11,589 nt of DNA, from positions 1 through 11,589 of IMG/VR virus record IMGVR_UViG_2737471845_000007; one strand, given 5' to 3'. Shown one piece after another: positions 6,993-11,589 of the stretch. Each line of letters begins with the position of its first letter. Positions within the stretch are counted from its first letter, which is position 1. The notes beneath the pieces were generated by a model. That model worked only from the letters and a program-made list of their open reading frames with translations. It did not search any database and was not told the DNA's origin. A program made the position numbers and the translations under genes. Source of the stretch: a virus (Duplodnaviria; Heunggongvirae; Uroviricota; Caudoviricetes).

Positions 6993-7690
6993 TGCAGGAT
7001 ATACAGCAGGAAACACTTAATGAGTGCACTAAAACGGAGCAATCCGCGCTGGTCGTGCTCTGGGAAATTGATCTGACAGAGGTCGGCGGAGATCGTTATT
7101 TTTTCTGTAATGAGCAGAACGAAAAAGGTGAGCCGGTCACATGGCAGGGGCGACAGTATCAGGCGTACCCTATTCAGGGGAGCGGCTTTGAGATGAACGG
7201 CAAGGGAGCCAGTGCAAGGCCAACGCTGAAAGTCTCTAATCTGCACGGCATGGTCACCGGGATGGCCGAAGATCTGCAGAGTCTGGTCGGCGGAACGGTG
7301 GTCCGGCGTAAGGTTTACGCCCGTTTTCTGGATGCGGTGAACTTCGTCAACGGAAACAGTGACGCCGATCCGGAGCAGGAGGTGATCAGCCGCTGGCGCA
7401 TTGAGCAGTGCAGCGAACTGAGTGCGGTGAGTGCCTCCTTTGTGCTCTCCACGCCGACGGAAACGGATGGTGCCGTTTTTCCGGGGCGCATCATGCTGGC
7501 CAACACCTGTACCTGGACCTATCGTGGTGATGAGTGCGGTTATCACGGTCCGGCGGTCGCGGATGAATATGACCAGCCGACATCCGATATCACGAAGGAT
7601 AAATGCAGCAAATGCCTGAGTGGCTGTAAGTTCCGCAATAACCTCGGCAACTTTGGCGGTTACCTTTCCATTAACAAACTTTCGCAGTAA
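6992..7690 (+). CDS. L: Minor tail protein L (lambda gpL), with a C-terminal cysteine cluster
   Basis: 232 aa, which appears near-identical to lambda gpL from memory (MQDI.QETLNECT...FLSINKLSQ). ATG overlaps the M stop (TGATG). Cysteine cluster C-x-C...C...C-x2-C-x3-C near the C-terminus. Confidence 0.95.
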   Translation: MQDIQQETLNECTKTEQSALVVLWEIDLTEVGGDRYFFCNEQNEKGEPVTWQGRQYQAYPIQGSGFEMNGKGASARPTLKVSNLHGMVTGMAEDLQSLVGGTVVRRKVYARFLDAVNFVNGNSDADPEQEVISRWRIEQCSELSAVSASFVLSTPTETDGAVFPGRIMLANTCTWTYRGDECGYHGPAVADEYDQPTSDITKDKCSKCLSGCKFRNNLGNFGGYLSINKLSQ

Positions 7691-7694
7691 ATCC

Positions 7695-8438
7695 ATGACA
7701 GAAACTGAATCAGCGATTCTGGCGCACGCCCGGCGATGTGCGCCAGCGGAGTCGTGCGGCTTCGTGGTGAGAACACCGGAGGGAGAAAGATATTTTCCCT
7801 GCGTGAATATCTCCGCTGAGCCGGAGGATTATTTCCGGATGGCTCCGGAGGACTGGCTGCAGGCCAAAATGCAGGGTGAGATTGTGGCGCTGGTCCACAG
7901 TCACCCCGGTGGTCTGCCCTGGCTGAGTGAGGCCGACAGGCGGCTGCAGGTGCAGAGTGATTTGCCGTGGTGGCTGGTCTGCCGCGGGGCGATTCATAAA
8001 TTCCGCTGTGTGCCGCATCTCACAGGGCGGCGCTTTGAGCACGGGGTGACGGACTGTTACACGCTGTTCCGGGACGCTTACCATCTGGCGGGGATTGAGA
8101 TGCCGGATTTTCATCGCGGGGATGACTGGTGGCGTAACGGTCAGAATCTCTATCTGGATAATATGGAGGCTACGGGGCTGTATCAGGTGCCGTTGTCAGC
8201 GGCGCAGCCGGGCGATGTGCTGCTGTGCTGCTTTGGTTCATCGGTGCCGAATCATGCCGCTATTTACTGTGGTGACGGCGAGCTGCTGCACCATATTCCT
8301 GAACAACTGAGCAAACGAGAGAGGTATACCGACAAATGGCAGCGACGCACACACTCCCTCTGGCGTCACCGGGCATGGCGCGCATCTGCCTTTACGGGGA
8401 TTTACAACGATTTGGCCGCCGCATCGATCTGCGTGTGA
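7695..8438 (+). CDS. K: Tail tip assembly protein K (JAMM/MPN+ and NlpC/P60 domains)
   Basis: First ATG after the L stop (4-nt gap) gives 247 aa. JAMM motif H-S-H-x7-S-x2-D is encoded at about 7896-7937; a Cys/His NlpC/P60-like region follows (..VTDCYTLF..). The classical 199-aa lambda K start corresponds to ATG 7839 here; the longer form includes upstream Glu residues expected for a complete JAMM site. Confidence 0.88.
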   Translation: MTETESAILAHARRCAPAESCGFVVRTPEGERYFPCVNISAEPEDYFRMAPEDWLQAKMQGEIVALVHSHPGGLPWLSEADRRLQVQSDLPWWLVCRGAIHKFRCVPHLTGRRFEHGVTDCYTLFRDAYHLAGIEMPDFHRGDDWWRNGQNLYLDNMEATGLYQVPLSAAQPGDVLLCCFGSSVPNHAAIYCGDGELLHHIPEQLSKRERYTDKWQRRTHSLWRHRAWRASAFTGIYNDLAAASICV

Positions 8439-8983
8439 AAACGGGGGCCGAAGCCATCCGGGCGCTGGCCATGCAGATCCCGGCGTTTCGTCAGAAGCTG
8501 AGCGACGGCTGGTATCAGGTGCGTATTGCCGGGCGTGATGCAGGCGAAAACGAATTATCAGCTCGTCTTAATGAACCGCTGGCGAATGGAGCAGTGATCC
8601 ACATCGTGCCGCGTCTGGCAGGAGCCAAAAGTGGCGGTGTGTTTCAGGCGGTGCTGGGTGCGGCGCTGATTGCGGTGGCATGGTGGAACCCTGTTGGCTG
8701 GCTGGGGGCCGCGGCTGTATCTGGTATGTATGCAGCAGGGGCCAGTATGATCCTGGGTGGTGTGGCGCAGATGCTGGCTCCTAAACCCAAAACCCCCCGT
8801 ACACAGACAACGGATAACGGCAAGCAGAATACCTATTTTTCTTCGCTGGATAATATGATTGCCCAGGGCAATGTTCTGCCCGTTCTGTACGGTGAAATGC
8901 GCGTGGGGTCGCGGGTGGTCTCTCAGGAGATCAGCACGGCAGACGAAGGGGATGGTGGCCAGGTTGTGGTGATTGGTCGCTGA
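8336..8983 (+). CDS. I: Tail tip assembly protein I (lambda gpI)
   Basis: 215 aa; the N-terminus MAATHTLPLASPGMARICLYGDLQRFGRR and the C-terminus ..EISTADEGDGGQVVVIGR match lambda gpI as I recall it. The start lies 103 nt inside K in a different frame, as in lambda. Confidence 0.95.
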   Translation: MAATHTLPLASPGMARICLYGDLQRFGRRIDLRVKTGAEAIRALAMQIPAFRQKLSDGWYQVRIAGRDAGENELSARLNEPLANGAVIHIVPRLAGAKSGGVFQAVLGAALIAVAWWNPVGWLGAAAVSGMYAAGASMILGGVAQMLAPKPKTPRTQTTDNGKQNTYFSSLDNMIAQGNVLPVLYGEMRVGSRVVSQEISTADEGDGGQVVVIGR

Positions 8984-9001
8984 TGAAAAATGTTTTATGT
9001 G

Positions 9002-9029
9002 AAACCGCCTCCGGGCGGTTTTGTCGTTT
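9002..9029 (+). terminator. Terminator-like hairpin (aaaCCGCC-tccg-GGCGGttt followed by a T-rich tract) between I and J
   Basis: Read directly: CCGCC 9005-9009 pairs with GGCGG 9014-9018, with flanking A/T extension; TTTTgTCgTTT follows to 9029. The J SD (GGAG 9032-9035, GAGGA 9039-9043) and ATG 9044 come next. Confidence 0.5.
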
Positions 9030-9043
9030 ATGGAGCGTGAGGA

Positions 9044-11589
9044 ATGGGTAAAGGCAGCAGTAAGGGGCATACTCCGCGCGAAGCGAAGGACAACCTGAAG
9101 TCCACGCAGTTGCTGAGTGTTATCGATGCCATCAGCGAAGGGCCGATTGAAGGTCCGGTGGATGGATTAAAAAGCGTGCTGCTGAACAGTACGCCGGTGC
9201 TGGACAGTGAGGGGAATACCAATATCTCCGGTGTCACGGTGGTGTTCCGGGCCGGTGAGCAGGAGCAGACACCGCCGGAGGGTTTTGAATCCTCCGGTTC
9301 CGAGACGGTGCTGGGTACGGAAGTGAAATATGACACGCCGATCACCCGGACCATCACGTCGGCAAACATTGACCGTCTGCGCTTTACCTTCGGTGTGCAG
9401 GCACTGGTGGAAACCACCTCAAAGGGTGACCGGAATCCGTCAGAAGTCCGCCTGCTGGTTCAGATACAACGTAACGGTGGCTGGGTGACGGAAAAAGACA
9501 TCACCATTAAGGGCAAAACCACGTCGCAGTATATGGCCTCGGTGGTGGTGGATAACCTGCCGCCGCGCCCGTTTAATATCCGGATGCGCAGGATGACGCC
9601 GGACAGCACCACAGACCAGCTGCAGAACAAAACGCTCTGGTCGTCATACACCGAAATCATCGATGTGAAACAGTGCTACCCGAACACGGCACTGGTCGGC
9701 GTGCAGGTGGACTCGGAGCAGTTCGGCAGCCAGCAGGTGAGCCGTAATTATCACCTTCGCGGACGCATTCTGCAGGTGCCGTCGAACTATAACCCGCAGA
9801 CGCGGCAATACAGCGGTATCTGGGACGGAACGTTTAAGCCTGCGTACAGCGACAACATGGCCTGGTGTCTGTGGGATATGCTGACCCATCCACGCTACGG
9901 CATGGGGAAACGTCTTGGTGCGGCAGATGTGGATAAATGGGCGCTGTATGTCATCGGCCAGTACTGCGACCAGTCGGTGCCGGACGGCTTTGGTGGCACG
10001 GAGCCGCGCATCACCTGTAATGCGTACCTGACCACACAGCGCAAGGCGTGGGATGTGCTCAGTGATTTCTGCTCGGCGATGCGCTGTATGCCGGTATGGA
10101 ACGGGCAGACGCTGACGTTCGTGCAGGACCGACCGTCGGATAAGGTGTGGACCTATAACCGCAGTAATGTGGTGATGCCGGATGATGGTGCGCCGTTCCG
10201 CTACAGCTTCAGCGCCCTGAAGGACCGCCATAATGCCGTTGAGGTGAACTGGATTGACCCGAATAACGGCTGGGAGACGGCGACAGAGCTTGTGGAGGAC
10301 ACGCAGGCCATTGCCCGTTACGGTCGTAACGTCACGAAGATGGATGCTTTTGGCTGTACCAGCCGGGGGCAGGCACACCGCGCCGGGCTGTGGCTGATTA
10401 AAACAGAACTGCTGGAAACGCAGACCGTGGACTTCAGCGTGGGTGCCGAAGGGCTTCGCCATGTACCGGGCGATGTCATTGAAATCTGCGATGATGACTA
10501 TGCCGGTATCCGCACCGGCGGGCGCGTGCTGGCGGTAAACAGCCAGACCCGGACGCTGACGCTCGACCGTGAAATCACGCTGCCATCTTCCGGCACCACG
10601 CTGATAAGCCTGGTTGACGGGCAGGGGAGTCCGGTCAGCGTGGAGGTTCAGTCCGTCACCGACGGCGTGAAGGTGAAAGTGAGCCGTGTTCCTGACGGCG
10701 TTGCTGAATACAGCGTATGGGGGCTGAAGTTGCCGACGTTGCGTCAGCGCCTGTTCCGCTGTGTGAGTATCCGTGAGAACGATGACGGCACGTATGCCAT
10801 CACTGCCGTGCAGCATGTACCGGAAAAAGAAGCCATCGTGGATAACGGGGCGCACTTTGACGGCGACCAGAGCGGCACGGTGAATGGTGTCACGCCGCCA
10901 GCGGTGCAGCACCTGACCGCAGAAGTCACTGCAGACAGCGGGGAATATCAGGTGCTGGCGCGATGGGACACACCGAAGGTGGTGAAGGGCGTGAGCTTCC
11001 TGCTCCGTCTGACCGTAACAGCGGACGACGGCAGTGAGCGGCTGGTCAGCACGGCCCGGACGACGGAAACCACATATCGATTCACGCAACTGGCGCTGGG
11101 GAACTACAGTCTGACAGTCCGGGCGGTAAATGCGTGGGGACAGCAGGGTGACCCGGCGTCGGTATCGTTCCGGATTGCCGCACCGGCAGCGCCGTCTCGG
11201 ATTGAGCTGACACCGGGCTATTTTCAGATAACCGCCACGCCGCATCTTGCGGTTTATGATCCGACGGTACAATTTGAGTTCTGGTTCTCGGAAACGCGGA
11301 TTACCGATATCAGGCAGGTTGAAACCACAGCCCGCTACCTTGGCACGGGGCTGTACTGGATAGCCGCCAGTATCAATATCAAACCGGGCCATGATTATTA
11401 TTTTTACGTTCGCAGTGTGAACACCGTTGGCAAATCGGCATTCGTGGAGGCTGTCGGTCGGGCGAGCGATGATGCGGAAGGTTACCTGGATTTTTTCAAA
11501 GGAGAAATCGGGAAAACACATCTGGCCCAGGAGCTGTGGACGCAGATTGATAACGGTCAGCTTGCGCCGGACCTGGCTGAAATCAGGAC
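9044..11589 (+). CDS. J: Tail tip / central tail fibre protein J (host specificity protein); N-terminal ~848 aa only, 3' end beyond the window
   Basis: ATG 9044 with an SD upstream; frame 2 is open to the window end, which is why no complete ORF is listed. The translation [54 protein letters not shown].. matches lambda gpJ as I recall it. The C-terminal receptor-binding part is not in the window. Confidence 0.95.
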   Translation, partial: MGKGSSKGHTPREAKDNLKSTQLLSVIDAISEGPIEGPVDGLKSVLLNSTPVLDSEGNTNISGVTVVFRAGEQEQTPPEGFESSGSETVLGTEVKYDTPITRTITSANIDRLRFTFGVQALVETTSKGDRNPSEVRLLVQIQRNGGWVTEKDITIKGKTTSQYMASVVVDNLPPRPFNIRMRRMTPDSTTDQLQNKTLWSSYTEIIDVKQCYPNTALVGVQVDSEQFGSQQVSRNYHLRGRILQVPSNYNPQTRQYSGIWDGTFKPAYSDNMAWCLWDMLTHPRYGMGKRLGAADVDKWALYVIGQYCDQSVPDGFGGTEPRITCNAYLTTQRKAWDVLSDFCSAMRCMPVWNGQTLTFVQDRPSDKVWTYNRSNVVMPDDGAPFRYSFSALKDRHNAVEVNWIDPNNGWETATELVEDTQAIARYGRNVTKMDAFGCTSRGQAHRAGLWLIKTELLETQTVDFSVGAEGLRHVPGDVIEICDDDYAGIRTGGRVLAVNSQTRTLTLDREITLPSSGTTLISLVDGQGSPVSVEVQSVTDGVKVKVSRVPDGVAEYSVWGLKLPTLRQRLFRCVSIRENDDGTYAITAVQHVPEKEAIVDNGAHFDGDQSGTVNGVTPPAVQHLTAEVTADSGEYQVLARWDTPKVVKGVSFLLRLTVTADDGSERLVSTARTTETTYRFTQLALGNYSLTVRAVNAWGQQGDPASVSFRIAAPAAPSRIELTPGYFQITATPHLAVYDPTVQFEFWFSETRITDIRQVETTARYLGTGLYWIAASINIKPGHDYYFYVRSVNTVGKSAFVEAVGRASDDAEGYLDFFKGEIGKTHLAQELWTQIDNGQLAPDLAEIR

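Noticed and set aside
6986-7696. 236-codon ORF on the minus strand, antisense to L
   Set aside because: Same codon-registered antisense artefact as above; the + strand encodes a lambda-type L.
9644-11521. 625-codon ORF on the minus strand, antisense to J
   Set aside because: Its codons are in register with J's codons, so antisense stops would require the sense codons TTA, CTA or TCA, which are rare in this GC-rich, lambda-like gene. The translation is Arg/His/Pro/Ala-rich low-complexity sequence with no RBS, while the + strand encodes a clearly recognisable J. It is a codon-bias artefact.
1-11589. A hidden defense, anti-defense, toxin or other novel cargo system
   Set aside because: Essentially all coding capacity is taken by syntenic, recognisable structural genes with overlapping boundaries. 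The intergenic gaps are under 65 nt and are occupied by hairpins and RBSs, and there is no moron-like insertion, reverse-strand gene or compositional island. The typical lambdoid moron sites (downstream of J) are outside this window.

Overview
This window reads as the late structural (morphogenesis) operon of a lambdoid siphovirus or prophage, most likely from an enterobacterial host, with every gene on the + strand. In order: the 3' end of an HK97-fold major capsid gene, four small head-tail joining genes, a major tail tube gene with a C-terminal Ig-like domain, the G/G-T tail assembly chaperone pair with a textbook -1 frameshift site (A AAA AAG), a 1066-aa tape measure protein, then lambda-type tail-tip genes M, L, K, I and the 5' ~85% of J. 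Genes are tightly packed and often overlap at start/stop codons. L, K, I and J look nearly identical to phage lambda from my recollection of those proteins, while the head/neck genes and M are not, so the element is mosaic. I see no tRNA, rRNA, CRISPR array, IS element, integrase, or defense/anti-defense cargo. The suggestion of an undescribed system is not supported by anything I can see: there is no unexplained coding space. The findings are conventional phage biology worth verifying: the frameshift, a family of GC-stem/T-tract hairpins before the three most important tail genes, a hairpin after the capsid gene, the K start site, and the mosaic breakpoints. All coordinates were counted by hand and similarity statements are from memory, not from a search.
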